Shown here piece after piece: positions 40,013 through 52,275 of a stretch of DNA of 64,000 bases. The translations under genes were made by a program, and so were the position numbers. The stretch comes from an uncultured Chloroflexia bacterium (GTDB lineage Bacteria > Chloroflexota > Anaerolineae > Anaerolineales > RBG-16-64-43), in assembly GCA_963780865.1 (NCBI GenBank), contig CAWADT010000009.1:42134-106133 (forward strand), read 5' to 3'. The notes beneath the pieces are model-generated. The model made no database searches. It saw only the letters and a program-made list of their open reading frames with translations, and was not told the origin of the DNA. The stretch's first letter is position 1. Each line of letters begins with the position of its first letter.

Positions 40013-41197
40013 CTACCCCAGATACACAGCTTTGCGGATTCGATCCGCATTCGCCTTGCCGCCCAGCGCGCCGGCCGCGAAGGCAACCGCTTCTGTGGCC
40101 AGAAAAACCGGAACCGTGGCGAAGGTTTGGAGGATTAAATTGCCGTAGCCGATCCGGTCCGCAAGTAGATCCATGAACGCGTGCGTGGTGATCGGGTTGC
40201 ACACGCCGAACACAAAGCAAAAATCGGGCAGGAGGTGGAACAACGCGGCGAGGAACAGCGCCGGATAGCGGTCGCGGCCGATTCGTTTTTCGACCGCGGC
40301 GGCGTAATCCCCGGGGCGCCCGGCAAGAATCGCTTCGGCCGCCATCCTGCCGCTCTTGATGGCCGGCCGGATCCCTTCCCCGCTGAGCGGATCCAGAAGG
40401 TTCGCCGCGTCGCCCACCAACAGCGTGCGGGCGGTGGCGACGCGCGCGCGGCGGAGGTTGATCGGCAGCGGATGGCCGCGCAGCTCCGCGCCGTCCAATG
40501 GAATTCCCCAATCCTCCATCACCGAGCGCAGTTTTTCCTGCAGCATGCCCGGCCGGGGACGGAGCGCGCCGATCCCCACCGAAAGGTGGTCGCCCTTGGG
40601 GAAGATCCACAGATAGCCGAAGGGAACCTCGCCGAAGAGGAACATCGGCGCGGCGGCGAACTTGGCGAGCGTCTGGGGCGGGGCGTAGACCTCGGCCTCG
40701 AGCGCGGCGGCCGGCGCCTTCCCTCGCCGCAAGCCCAGGCTGCGCGCCACAACGGAATGGGCGCCGTCGGCGCCGATGAGGAAGGGGGCTTCGAAGGCGG
40801 CTCCGTCCGCGGTCTCAACCGTCACGCGCTCCGGCCCCTCGCGCACCGCCCGGACGGTTTGGCCCTCGAGGACGTCGGCTTTGGCGTGCCGGAGCAGGAA
40901 CGTGTCAAACCGATCGCGCGTGACCAGCCGCATCGAATTGTCCGCGAGCGGAACGGTGACGGTGAGCCCGCGCAGGGAATAGCGGATCGCCGCCGCTTTC
41001 GATTCGAATACCGGCTCGAAAGAGAAAGGGAATTGCGCCAGGAAGCTGGCCGAGAGGCCGCCGCCGCAGGGTTTGGGGCGCGGCAACCGCTCCTTTTCCA
41101 GAACGAGCACGCGCCGGCCGGCTTCGCCGAGGAAGTAGGCCGCCGTCGCGCCGCCCGGTCCCGCGCCAACAACGATGACATCATAGGCTTGTGCCAA
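40013..41197 (-). CDS. Geranylgeranyl-reductase family FAD-dependent oxidoreductase
   Basis: YDVIVVGAGPGGA, KPCGGGL, RDRFD, IGADGAHS, GYLWIFPK, LVGDAA..DPLSGEGI; TTG start at 41197 after GGAGG. Confidence 0.9.
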   Translation of the reverse strand: MAQAYDVIVVGAGPGGATAAYFLGEAGRRVLVLEKERLPRPKPCGGGLSASFLAQFPFSFEPVFESKAAAIRYSLRGLTVTVPLADNSMRLVTRDRFDTFLLRHAKADVLEGQTVRAVREGPERVTVETADGAAFEAPFLIGADGAHSVVARSLGLRRGKAPAAALEAEVYAPPQTLAKFAAAPMFLFGEVPFGYLWIFPKGDHLSVGIGALRPRPGMLQEKLRSVMEDWGIPLDGAELRGHPLPINLRRARVATARTLLVGDAANLLDPLSGEGIRPAIKSGRMAAEAILAGRPGDYAAAVEKRIGRDRYPALFLAALFHLLPDFCFVFGVCNPITTHAFMDLLADRIGYGNLILQTFATVPVFLATEAVAFAAGALGGKANADRIRKAVYLG

Positions 41198-41565
41198 AGC
41201 AAACCTCCGCCCGCACGATCGCGGCATGAAATTATAAACAGCATCAGGGAAAAAGAGAATCCGACGAATTTTCCGTTCCTTGATGCTAATCTCCCAATGC
41301 CTTCCCATCCCCAGGCTGGAAATACCGTCTCGAATGGAAACCCAAGGACGAAGATCGTCGACTGCGGCCCGGGATCGCGAGCAAGAGCGAGCGGATATTG
41401 CCGGCTTCCGCCATGGCGCGCCTCCCCTCAAAGGGGTGAAAATGCGCGGTTTTCACCGCCATAGTCTTTTTTCGTGGGAAACGGGAAATTGACATCGGGG
41501 GTAAGATAAGGGCAGAAAAGAAATTTCAAAGGAATCGTTTTTGGGATTTCTTTCAAGGCCTTCGC

Positions 41566-42411
41566 ATGAAAAAAACAGATCGCAAATCGATCGCCGCAAT
41601 GGTTCTGGCATTGATGGCGCCCGTGGCTTTGGCCGCGTGCAGCATTTCATCGCCGGCCGCCAAGCCGGCGGGGAGCGTGAATCCGATCCCGCCGATCGGC
41701 CGGCCGGCGGCGCTTCCCATCGCCGCGCAGTGGCAGGCCGTAAAGCTGGTTTCCGACGCGCCCAATGCGCTTCCCGCAATGAGCGCGGCCATGGCCGCCG
41801 ATCCCGCCCGGATCGCCTTCGCGCCGGGAACCACTTCCGGATCCGTAGCGGGGACGCTCGCGGCGCAGGGCGTGCAATCCTACATCTTGAACGCGTCTTG
41901 GAACCAACTGATGATCGTATCGGCGGCTTCGTCCAGCGGGGCCGTATTCCTGGAAATCCACGGCGTCTCTGACGGCGTATATCTCACCACGTTTGCCAAC
42001 GCGCAGACGTCCTGGCAGGGTTGGCTGCCCCGCACGCAGGCTTACATCATCCGGGTGTACAACGCATCCACCGCGGGCGCCAGCTACACCCTCGCGGTGG
42101 AAATCCCGGCGCGCATCCAGTTCGCCCCGGGCGCGTATTCGGCCACGATCTATGGGGCCGGCTATAACGCGCAGACCATCTCCTATATTCTATACGCATA
42201 CGGCGGCCAGACCTTCACCGCCACGCTGTCTTCGGCGACCAGTGCCGTCGTCGTCGCGCTCCGAGGAGTAAACGATGGCCAATACCTCGTTCAATCCTCC
42301 GCGGGAGATACCACCTGGACCGGCACGCTGCCGAGCACGCAGAACTATATCCTCGACGCCGTCCAAACCGGGGCTTGGACAAGTTTCACGCTTACCGTAA
42401 CCATCGTCTAG
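41566..42411 (+). CDS. Lipoprotein with two tandem PPC-like beta-sandwich repeats
   Basis: Signal peptide with LAAC lipobox; repeats RIAFAPG..SYIL..WQGWLPRTQAYII and RIQFAPG..SYIL..WTGTLPSTQNYIL. Confidence 0.8.
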   Translation: MKKTDRKSIAAMVLALMAPVALAACSISSPAAKPAGSVNPIPPIGRPAALPIAAQWQAVKLVSDAPNALPAMSAAMAADPARIAFAPGTTSGSVAGTLAAQGVQSYILNASWNQLMIVSAASSSGAVFLEIHGVSDGVYLTTFANAQTSWQGWLPRTQAYIIRVYNASTAGASYTLAVEIPARIQFAPGAYSATIYGAGYNAQTISYILYAYGGQTFTATLSSATSAVVVALRGVNDGQYLVQSSAGDTTWTGTLPSTQNYILDAVQTGAWTSFTLTVTIV

Positions 42412-42483
42412 CGGCGGATCTCATCCGATTTTCAGCAAAGGATGGAATTCGCAAGACCAGTGTTTCGCGCAACATAACGACCG

Positions 42484-42832
42484 CCGGCTGAGAGGCCGGC
42501 GGTGTTTATTAGGTTTCAAAACCACTGCCTCTGGCAGTGAGTAGAGTGAAAAGGTTCTACCGATGGAGTAATTTTTCCTTTGCATAATTACAGCAAAGGT
42601 ACCGAGTGGGCGGGTATCTTGCCATCCCATCCTACCTCTCCCATCAAATTATCGTCCTTCCACAATGTATCTTTTTCCCCCTCCTCCCCTCCCGTATTAC
42701 GGGAGGGGAGGAGGGGTGACAGGGAAGATAATCAGCGTTTGGAATTCATAGGGGAGGAAGGGTGGGATGGAACCGTAAAATCGCACCTTCCAGGTGCAGC
42801 ATTACAAAGCCACCGCCTCTGGCGGTGGTAAT
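42484..42832. repeat. Cluster of IS200/IS605-end-like and REP-like hairpins
   Basis: ACCGCCGGCTGAGAGGCCGGCGGT, CACTGCCTCTGGCAGTG, CCTCCCGTATTACGGGAGG, CCACCGCCTCTGGCGGTGG. Confidence 0.55.
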
Positions 42833-42920
42833 TTACTTATAAATTCGACGCCCTCGCATCTGGACGCCATAGAGCGAGGCAGCGGCGTTTCGCGGAAAAA
42901 TATTTCTTCTGCCCGGAATA

Positions 42921-43754
42921 CTACACGCGCGCCGCGAGCCACTCTTCCACATCCTTAAGCACGAGTTCGCGCTCCGGCTCGTTGAATACTTCGTGGTACA
43001 GCCCCGGGTAAACTTTAATTGTTTTGTCTGTTGAACTCGCCTTGTCGTAAAGCATCCGCGCGCTGCCGGGGTCGACAATTTTATCGCCGCCGCCCTGCAG
43101 GGCGATTAAGGGCAGGGTAATCTTTTCCGCTTCGGCGGAGACCCGCAACATGGCCTTCAGCAATTCCGCCGCCAACCGCGCGGGAGTCCTGGCGTGGAAA
43201 ACCAGCGGATCGCTCACGTACGCCTTCACCACTTCCGGGTCGCGTGAAACGCCCCGGGCGTCCACCGGCAGAATACCCATCTTTGGAATCAGCGCCGATA
43301 GCAGTTTGCCCAGGGCGAGGGCGACCGGCGCAAGACCTGGGCTGATTTTAATCGCCGGCGCCGAGATGACGGCGGCTTGGAAATCGGCCTGGTGGTCGAG
43401 CAGGTAATAGGATGCAATCAACCCGCCCATGCTGTGGCCGAGCAGGACGATCGGCCTGCCCGCCTGCCATGCCATAACCATGTTGTAGTAAATCGTAAGC
43501 GTGTCGGTGTAATCTTCGAACCGCTCGACGTACTCTCGCACGCCGCCGGATTTCCCGTGGCCGATAAGATCGAACCCGTAGACGGCGTAGCCGAGGGGGA
43601 CGAAGCCGTTGACCACATTCAGGTAGCGCCCGGAATGCTCGCCCAGCCCGTGAACGACGAGCAGCGCGGCTTTTACCTTCCCTACGGGCAGCCAGGCTTG
43701 ATAAAAGATATCGATATTCCGAACGGTCTTGAAATAGCCTTCGATGTGTTCCAT
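42921..43754 (-). CDS. Alpha/beta hydrolase, lysophospholipase / monoacylglycerol lipase type (copy 1)
   Basis: VHGLGEHSGRY, DLIGHGKS, GHSMGG nucleophile, GGGDKIV, YHEVFNEPE. Confidence 0.92.
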   Translation of the reverse strand: MEHIEGYFKTVRNIDIFYQAWLPVGKVKAALLVVHGLGEHSGRYLNVVNGFVPLGYAVYGFDLIGHGKSGGVREYVERFEDYTDTLTIYYNMVMAWQAGRPIVLLGHSMGGLIASYYLLDHQADFQAAVISAPAIKISPGLAPVALALGKLLSALIPKMGILPVDARGVSRDPEVVKAYVSDPLVFHARTPARLAAELLKAMLRVSAEAEKITLPLIALQGGGDKIVDPGSARMLYDKASSTDKTIKVYPGLYHEVFNEPERELVLKDVEEWLAARV

Positions 43755-43856
43755 GGGAAATCCGATTCAACTTCAGGCGGCTCGTAAGGCCACCACGCGG
43801 ATCGATTACACCATAAAGATGCTGGTGAAAAACGTCGACTTTTTTAACCAGACACA

Positions 43857-43968
43857 CCATCCCCCCTTTCATCCCCCCATTTTCCAAGAGAAAATGAGGG
43901 GATGAAAGGGGGGATGGTTTACAACCGTGAAGATGACATCAGCATGAATTGAGTTTTTCAACATCCTG
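43857..43968. repeat. CCCCTTTCATCCCCC..GGGGATGAAAGGGG palindrome next to a TTTTTCAACATCCTG MITE end
   Basis: Related palindrome at 45768-45812; MITE end identical to 12143-12157, CTAA flank. Confidence 0.6.
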
Positions 43969-44058
43969 CTAATATTATGGCACCAAACTTGGCAAACCAC
44001 GCCGTTTTTCGCAAAGCAGGGAATTTATCTTCGAAGGACGCTGGTCCGGCGTTTTCGG

Positions 44059-44892
44059 TCAAACGCGCTTGGCCAGCCAGGCTTCCACATCCCCAAGAAC
44101 GCGCTCGTGTTCCGGCTCGTTGAATATCTCGTGATACAACCCGGGGTAAATCTTCAGCGTCTTGTCTTTGGAGCCGGCTTTCTCGTAGAGAATCTGCGCG
44201 CCGTCCGGATCGACCAGGTGGTCGTCGCCGCCTTGCATGGCAAGAAACGGTAGGGTGATTTTCTTCGTCTCGGCCGAGACGCGATTGAGCGCCCGGAGCA
44301 TTTCCGCAGCCAGCCGGGCGGTGGTTTTCCCGTGGAAGACCAACGGGTCGTTGGCGTACGCCTTCACCACCTCCGGGTCGCGGGAGATGGTGCTTGGATC
44401 CACGGGCAGTACACCCGCCATCGGGGAAAGAATCGAAAGAACCCTGCCCGCAATGACGGTTCCTTGCGAAATATGCGCAGCGACTTTGACAACCGGCGCC
44501 GAGAAGATGGCGCCCTGGAATTCGGCCTGATGGTCGAGCAGGTAATAGGCTGCGATCAGCCCGCCGATGCTGTGGCTGAGCAGGAAAATGGGCTTGCCCG
44601 GCTGCCATTGCTTTACCATGGCCATGTACGCCTCGAAAACAATGGAGAAATCGTCGAACCGCTCGACATATTCCCGCGGCCCGTCGGATTTCCCGTGGCC
44701 GATATGATCCACCCCGTACACGACGTATCCGAGCGGGACGAAGTGATTGACCACATTCATATACCGGCCCGAATGCTCGCCCAGTCCGTGAACGAATGGC
44801 AGCACGGCTTTCGGCTCCCCGTCGGGCAGCCAGGCTTGATAGAAAATGTGATTATTCCGAATGCCCTTGAACTTGCCTTCGATGTGATTCAT
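44059..44892 (-). CDS. Alpha/beta hydrolase, lysophospholipase / monoacylglycerol lipase type (copy 2, tandem paralog)
   Basis: Same length (277 aa) and motifs as 42921-43754; SHSIGG nucleophile. Confidence 0.92.
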   Translation of the reverse strand: MNHIEGKFKGIRNNHIFYQAWLPDGEPKAVLPFVHGLGEHSGRYMNVVNHFVPLGYVVYGVDHIGHGKSDGPREYVERFDDFSIVFEAYMAMVKQWQPGKPIFLLSHSIGGLIAAYYLLDHQAEFQGAIFSAPVVKVAAHISQGTVIAGRVLSILSPMAGVLPVDPSTISRDPEVVKAYANDPLVFHGKTTARLAAEMLRALNRVSAETKKITLPFLAMQGGDDHLVDPDGAQILYEKAGSKDKTLKIYPGLYHEIFNEPEHERVLGDVEAWLAKRV

Positions 44893-45004
44893 AAGATCTC
44901 CTTATCCGGTTGATCTTATTGATTTTACAACCTATCTCGCGCGGCGGAATGTAAATTTTTTGTATAGAGATATAGTACCCGTATAAATCGGCAAGTTAAC
45001 AGAC

Positions 45005-45676
45005 TTAACCCAAAACCACCAACCCGATGGATAGGGCGATCAACAACTGGCCGGAATAGTAGGTTGCGAGGATGATTGCCTGCCCCAGGCGGAACGGCCG
45101 GCGAAAGCGGTTGATCGCCAGCGTCGCGTCGGAAGCAAAAAACAGCAGGGCGCCGATTGCGGCGGAAAGCGTGCCCGCCGAAAAGCGGGCTAGGCCGCGG
45201 CTGACGGCCAGGGCGACCATTACCACGATGACGGAAACATACAAACTCACGGCTCCCCTTAGGGTTTGAGATAATTTCGGCCAAAGATACGATAGTATCG
45301 CCGCACCGACGAGCGCGAGCGGAAGGACGGGCCATAGAAAACCAATGGCCGGCGCGCCGGCGAGAAAGGCGAAGATGTAGCAGATGTGCGCGAACAGGAA
45401 ACTGACAAGGCCGAAGAGAAAACGGTTGCCGGGCAACATGAGCCAGACATCGCCAAACAGGGAGAAGAGCAGGCCGAGGCATATGGCGCGAGCGTACGGG
45501 TCGGATCGAACGGTGCCGGGCAGCAGCGCCGCGAGAATAATCAGTATGGTTGTGAGCGGTTTAAAAATAAGGAAGAGCGTGCGGTATGGCGGACGGAGGT
45601 AGTACACAACAATGGCCAGGCTGGCCGATAGAATGACGGCTAGGCTGAGGAGGGGCAGGAGCAAGTTCAACGCCAT
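45005..45676 (-). CDS. Lysoplasmalogenase / YhhN (TMEM86) family membrane protein
   Basis: FKPL, LLFSLFGDVWL, FLFGLVSFLFAHICY, LFFASDATLAINRF, TYYSGQLLI. Confidence 0.88.
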   Translation of the reverse strand: MALNLLLPLLSLAVILSASLAIVVYYLRPPYRTLFLIFKPLTTILIILAALLPGTVRSDPYARAICLGLLFSLFGDVWLMLPGNRFLFGLVSFLFAHICYIFAFLAGAPAIGFLWPVLPLALVGAAILSYLWPKLSQTLRGAVSLYVSVIVVMVALAVSRGLARFSAGTLSAAIGALLFFASDATLAINRFRRPFRLGQAIILATYYSGQLLIALSIGLVVLG

Positions 45677-45901
45677 GCTACACCTCGTTTGGACATGATG
45701 GAGGCTCCGTAAAAACACCGAATCTGTTACGAGCAAACCTCGCGCAACTCTTTGCGTCGCTTACTCTCCCCCCTTTCATCCCCCCATTTTCTTTTAGAAA
45801 ATGGGGGGAAAGGGTTTTTTTTTGGGGGGCGGGGAGATAGGAAATCGGAATCGGAGAAGCAGCCATAATCTAAAGGAGTACCCCACCGCGTCCGCCGCCT
45901 T

Positions 45902-47429
<1,528 letters not shown>

Positions 47430-47534
47430 CGAGCGCCTCTTTTTCCCTCACCCTTAATCCCTCTCCCAGCTTACCCCCGCTTCGCGAGGGCAGGTGCTGG
47501 GGGAAGGATGGGATGAGGGTCGGATGAGGGGAGA

Positions 47535-47909
47535 TTATTCGCGGGAAATTCCTGCCGGCGGCAGGCTGCGGGTGGTGACGATATTCACGCCGCTTCCGCG
47601 GTAATCTTTGATCAGTACCGTTCCGCAAACGGCGGGAAGACGGACCGATTGCTCCGCAAGATCTCCGATCAGCCCGGTGATGAGCTCGCGGGGAAGCGCC
47701 TTGTCGGTTCGCACGGGGATATAGGGGAACGCCCGTGAATCGGTTCGAACGACGGCGGTGACCACCCGCTTGGGGGCGAGCATCTCCTCCCGGCCGTACA
47801 CCTCTCCCTTCGGGCAGCGGTTCCCCGTGACGGAGATTTCTCCCTCGGCCTTCATTTCAATGGTGAGCTTGCACCCGATCGGGCAGACGATGCAAACCAT
47901 CTCGCGCAT
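47535..47909 (-). CDS. DUF1667 family small Cys protein
   Basis: CIVCPIGC..VTGNRCPKG..P.RVVT..VPVRT-like pattern; start ATG 47909; typical partner of the next two genes. Confidence 0.85.
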   Translation of the reverse strand: MREMVCIVCPIGCKLTIEMKAEGEISVTGNRCPKGEVYGREEMLAPKRVVTAVVRTDSRAFPYIPVRTDKALPRELITGLIGDLAEQSVRLPAVCGTVLIKDYRGSGVNIVTTRSLPPAGISRE

Positions 47910-47976
47910 CACACCCTCCGTGCGGATGAATGGACGCGTCGATTCCGCTTCCCGGTTAAAGACCGGTTCATCGTCT

Positions 47977-49231
47977 TCATCGGATCGCCACCTCCAGGCA
48001 ATTTTCCTCGTCAAGGCTAAGCGCGGGAAAGTCGTCGGGCCGCAGGTTGAGACGGATCATTTCCGACGGCTGCACGTGCGGGAGTTTCCGCTTTTTGAAT
48101 TCCACCCCGTTGAGCTGCAGGGAAAGGACCGCGTCGTTTTTCACGATAAGGGACCGCAGGTAGAGCACGTTCTCCTGCTGCGGAGCATAGAAGTTGGGCG
48201 TCACCGAGCGGACGTTCGCTCCCGCGGTCAATCGGAATTGTCTGGCGCTCTCTCCGGCGAGATACCGGTTCACCGCTTCGTCCGCAGCGCCGCGCCTCCT
48301 CGGCCACGTAATCCACGAGGTCGTGCACGTGGAGCACGTTGCCGCAGGCGAAAATTCCCGGAGAGGCGCTCATGAGGTTGGAGTCGATGCAGGGTCCGCC
48401 GGTATCGTCGTTGAGCGGAACCCCGGCCTTGCGGGAGAGTTCGTTTTCCGGAATGAGCCCGACGGAGAGCAGCACGGTATCGCAATCCAGGCGGAAAGTC
48501 TTGGCGTAATCCGGCGCGCCGTCGGTAAGCGGGGTCACCTCCACGCCGTCCACCCGGTCGCGTCCCGTGATCCGGGAGACTATGTGGGAGAGATAGAGCG
48601 GGATGGAAAAATCATTCAGGCACTGTGAAATATTTCGCGCGAGCCCCGAGGGGTAGGGCATGATTTCCACCACGGCCAGCACCTGCGCGCCCGCAAGCTT
48701 CAGGCGGCGCGCCATGATCAGGCCGATATCCCCGGAGCCGATCACAACCGCCCGGCGGCCGGGAAGATAGCCGTCGATGTTCATGAGCCGCTGCGCCAGG
48801 CCCGCGGTGAAGATTCCCGCGGGCCGTGTTCCGGCGATGGCCACGTTGCCCCGGTTCCTTTCGCGGCAGCCCATCGCCAGCACCACCGCGCGGCAGTCGA
48901 GCCGCAGTATGCCGTACGCTTTCCCGCAGGCGGTGACGACATGCGCTTGCTTCTCCCCGGAGATATCCAACACCGTGGTGTCGAGATAAACGTCGATTCC
49001 TTCCGCCAGCACTCTGGAGATCAACCGCTCGGCGAACTCGGGCCCGGTGAGATCGGCGCCGAATTCGTGAATTCCAAACCCGTTGTGGATGCACTGCATC
49101 AGGATTCCGCCGAGGAAATTTTCCCGGTCGACAATGGCGACCGACCGGCCGCCTTCGCGCACGGCGAGCGCGGCCGCCATCCCGGCGGCTCCGCACCCGA
49201 TCACCACGGCGTCGTAGGATTTCTCAAGCAT
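47977..49231 (-). pseudogene. NAD(P)/FAD-dependent oxidoreductase (G3P dehydrogenase partner) with frameshift near 48280
   Basis: GCGAAG, GGILMQCIHNGFG, LAMGCRE, FACGNVLHVHDLVD; natural C-terminus (..AVNRYL..HVQPSEMI..LEVAIR) lies in the 47977-48273 frame. Confidence 0.85.
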
Positions 49232-50736
49232 CAGCCGCCGCTCCCTTCGGATGCCTTTTCGCTCTGCACATCCCGCGGCGCCTCGCCGATCCGGCCGACG
49301 ACGAGTTCGCTGCCCTTCCCGCGCTTGGTGATGGCCTCGACGGGCAGCCCCGTCTCGCGCGCGATGATCGCCAGCACGCGGTAGGTGCAGAAACCACCCT
49401 GGCAGCGGCCCATCCCCGCGCGCGTGTAGAACTTAATCCCGTCCAGGGTGGTATGCCCCTTGCGGATGGCCTCGATCACTTCCGCTTCCGATATGCTCTC
49501 GCACCGGCAGACAATTTGGGCATAGGCCGGTTCGCGGCCGGCGAGGCCGTCCAGTTCCGGAAAGGGCATCTCGTAGACTTTGGGGCAATGTTGGATGGAA
49601 GGCACGAAGTCCGGTTTTTCCTCGAGCGCCAGGCCGTCTTTTTGCAAAAGATTCCTGACGTATTCCGCGATCGCCGGCGCGGCGGTGAGGCCGGGGGATT
49701 GAATTCCCGCCGCCTGCACCAGGCCCGGCGCTTTTTGGGAAATGTCGATATAAAAATCGTCACCCGGCAGGGTGGGGCGCAGGCCTGCGAAAGACGTGAT
49801 GATATCCCGCTTCGAAATCGCGGGCACCATGCGGGCCGCAAGCGCAAACACCCGGTGGAGATTATCGGGCGTAGTGCTCAGGTCGTCCTTTTCCTCGATC
49901 TCCACCGCGGTGGGGCCGACCATCATCGTGCCTTCCACGGTCGGGATCACGAGCACGCCTTTGGAATTTTTCGCGGGAACAGGGAAGATCACATGGTTGG
50001 GGAATCCCGGCGCGTTGTGGTCCATCAGGAACTCTTCCCCCTTGCGGGGGATGATGTGGAATTCCTCCGCGCCGAACATCGCCGAGACCTCGTCCGCGTA
50101 CAGGCCCGCGGCGTTTACGACCCGGCGGGCTTCGAGGATTTCGCCTTGCTCGGAAATAAGCTGCCAATGGCCGCCCGCGCGCTGCGCGGCGGTGAGCTTC
50201 CAGTCGGTGAATAGTTTTACCCCGTTCTTTCGGGCATTTTCCACCAATGCAAAGACGAACCGGTAAGGCTCGATGATCCCTCCGGTGGGAGCCCACAGCC
50301 CTCCGACGGTATCGCCGTTGAGTTTGGGCTCCAGTTCGAGAATGCGTTCCCTGCCCACGATTTCAAGCTGGGGAACGCCATTGGCGATTCCCCGATCGTA
50401 GAGAGATTCCACAATTTTCAATTCTTCGGGAGAAAAGGCGACGACGAGGATTCCGACCCGGCGGAAGGGAAACCCGAGTTCCGACTGCAGCCGGTCGAAC
50501 ATGAAGTTCCCTTGAACCTCGAGACGCGCCTTGAGGGTGGAGGGGTTGTGGTGGAACCCGGCGTGGATGATGCCCGAATTGGCCTTGGAGACGCCGAAGG
50601 AGACGTCTTGCCAGCGCTCCACCAGGGCGACGGAAAGATTGTAGGCCGATAGCAGCCGGGCGATGGACGCGCCGGTGGTACCCGCCCCGATGATCGCCAC
50701 GTCGAACATAGGATTATTTAATTCACGATCGCTCAT
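49231..50736 (-). CDS. FAD-dependent oxidoreductase with C-terminal BFD-like [2Fe-2S] domain (glycerol-3-phosphate dehydrogenase-like)
   Basis: DVAIIGAG, SKANSGIIHAG, NAAGLYAD, FAGLRP, IQSPGLTAAP, VCRCE..RAGMGRCQGGFC. Confidence 0.9.
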   Translation of the reverse strand: MSDRELNNPMFDVAIIGAGTTGASIARLLSAYNLSVALVERWQDVSFGVSKANSGIIHAGFHHNPSTLKARLEVQGNFMFDRLQSELGFPFRRVGILVVAFSPEELKIVESLYDRGIANGVPQLEIVGRERILELEPKLNGDTVGGLWAPTGGIIEPYRFVFALVENARKNGVKLFTDWKLTAAQRAGGHWQLISEQGEILEARRVVNAAGLYADEVSAMFGAEEFHIIPRKGEEFLMDHNAPGFPNHVIFPVPAKNSKGVLVIPTVEGTMMVGPTAVEIEEKDDLSTTPDNLHRVFALAARMVPAISKRDIITSFAGLRPTLPGDDFYIDISQKAPGLVQAAGIQSPGLTAAPAIAEYVRNLLQKDGLALEEKPDFVPSIQHCPKVYEMPFPELDGLAGREPAYAQIVCRCESISEAEVIEAIRKGHTTLDGIKFYTRAGMGRCQGGFCTYRVLAIIARETGLPVEAITKRGKGSELVVGRIGEAPRDVQSEKASEGSGG

Positions 50737-50822
50737 TGGAATCTTTGGCCGAGATACTTTCCAGTATCTACTCAGCCCCACTCAAGCTGGAAGGAATTTC
50801 ACGGGATTGATGTCCGGTTTTT

Positions 50823-50887
50823 CTCTCCCTCATCCGGCCTTCGGCCACCTTCTCCCAGCTTATGCTGGGAGAAGGGCGGGATGAGGG
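50823..50887. repeat. REP-like palindrome, inverted copy of 39691-39755
   Basis: Direct comparison. Confidence 0.8.
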
Positions 50888-51216
50888 CGGAAGGCTGAAT
50901 AGTAAACTTTCCCAAAGTAATTTCTCTTCCACGCAGCGCTTCCCGCGGGAAAATCGCCGAGCGTGGCAAATCTTTTTCGGCGGTCGAACCCTTGCGATAG
51001 CCTACGGGGTTGGCCTCCTCGGAATTATACTCGCAGACCAGTCGCAAGCGGGCAGCGGTGACATCGAAGCGGGGAGCAAACGCCTGGAAATGAAGCGACA
51101 AAAGGACGTGGGATCTGCTGCGCAGGATATCCGTTACTGGGATTTGGCAATCAAAGGAGCGGATCAGAATCGGTCCGCCCGCATAGTGGAAGGACGAAAA
51201 GTTGCCGGCCGGATAC

Positions 51217-51360
51217 CTTTATCCCGCTCTCGCGGGATGATGAGTACCCCGCAGCTTGCCCCGCATTCCTCTTTATTACTTGAAGAATGCGGGGCTTGCT
51301 GCGCAGTTCTTGGGGGTTGTGCCCTTTGATATCGCGTGGCTTACCGCGCGGTCATTCATT
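51217..51360. repeat. Three-hairpin element, inverted copy 2 of 8525-8668
   Basis: Reverse complement aligns over about 140 bp. Confidence 0.75.
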
Positions 51361-51646
51361 CTACAGGAATGGCAGTCCGGATTCGATACTCAAACTCTAG
51401 ATCCTGGGAAAAGGCGGGAAAATGCATATTCCGATAATCGCGACCAAATCCGGAGTGACAAAAAAATTCGGAAGGGGATTGCGGCCGGAATGGAAATCCG
51501 AGGAAGGAGAATAATTGTTCCCCTCGGCTGAAGCCTGTGACGAGCAGGTTTGTGGATTCCATCGACTGGATGTAATATCGTCCAAGAGAATCGCCGGCAG
51601 CAAAGCGTGATCCAATTTCAGATCATCTCTTATTAAGGAGAACCCC

Positions 51647-52102
51647 GTGACACGTTTGCAAGGACCGCTGGCCACACCCGGTCAATCCATTCTTTTCGGC
51701 ATTCCCGTTCTGCTGATCGGTCTGGCGGTATGCGCCGCCGGCGGGGTTTCCGGAATGAAATCAGCGTCCGATCTTTCCCGAATGCAGCATGCCTCCGGAT
51801 CAGTCATTCGGGTGGATAAAATTGACACCACCTTCAAACCAGTGGTGGAGTTCACCACCTCGGCGGGGAAGCAGGTGGCTTTTACCGACTCGGTTGGAGA
51901 GAGCCCGGCGGCCTACAAACCGGGTGATACGGTGGATGTAGTTTACGCGCCGGACAATCCCGAGGGCGCTAAAATCTATTCCCTCCTCACCATCGCAATG
52001 CAAATCGGATTGCCGCTACTCTGCGCGGGCTTCTTCCTAGCCACCGGTGTAATTATGATCTCCAACGGCGTCACCCGCCGCCGACAAGCCGCCCACGCAT
52101 AG
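51647..52102 (+). CDS. DUF3592 domain membrane protein
   Basis: TM - PVVEFTT..G..V..VYAPDNP..AKI - TM layout; AAGGAG RBS, GTG start. Confidence 0.8.
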   Translation: MTRLQGPLATPGQSILFGIPVLLIGLAVCAAGGVSGMKSASDLSRMQHASGSVIRVDKIDTTFKPVVEFTTSAGKQVAFTDSVGESPAAYKPGDTVDVVYAPDNPEGAKIYSLLTIAMQIGLPLLCAGFFLATGVIMISNGVTRRRQAAHA

Positions 52103-52201
52103 CGGGATTGTCGTCGCAGATATTTTCCGTGCTTCGTTATGAGCCATCGTTTCAGGCGGTGATGGATCGGAATTTCATAAAAGAGTAAATCGCTCCACCT
52201 G

Positions 52202-52236
52202 AAAAAAACCGGGAAGGTCATCGACCTTCCCGGTTT
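52202..52236 (-). terminator. Rho-independent terminator of the phosphoesterase gene
   Basis: Perfect 14 bp stem AAACCGGGAAGGTC-ATC-GACCTTCCCGGTTT with T-run on minus strand, between convergent genes. Confidence 0.8.
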
Positions 52237-52275
52237 GATAAAACGATAGTTGATCACCGGCGGGTAATCGGCCGC

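Noticed and set aside
50799-51640. Small ORFs between the glp operon and DUF3592
   Set aside because: They overlap repeat elements and have no RBS or motif support
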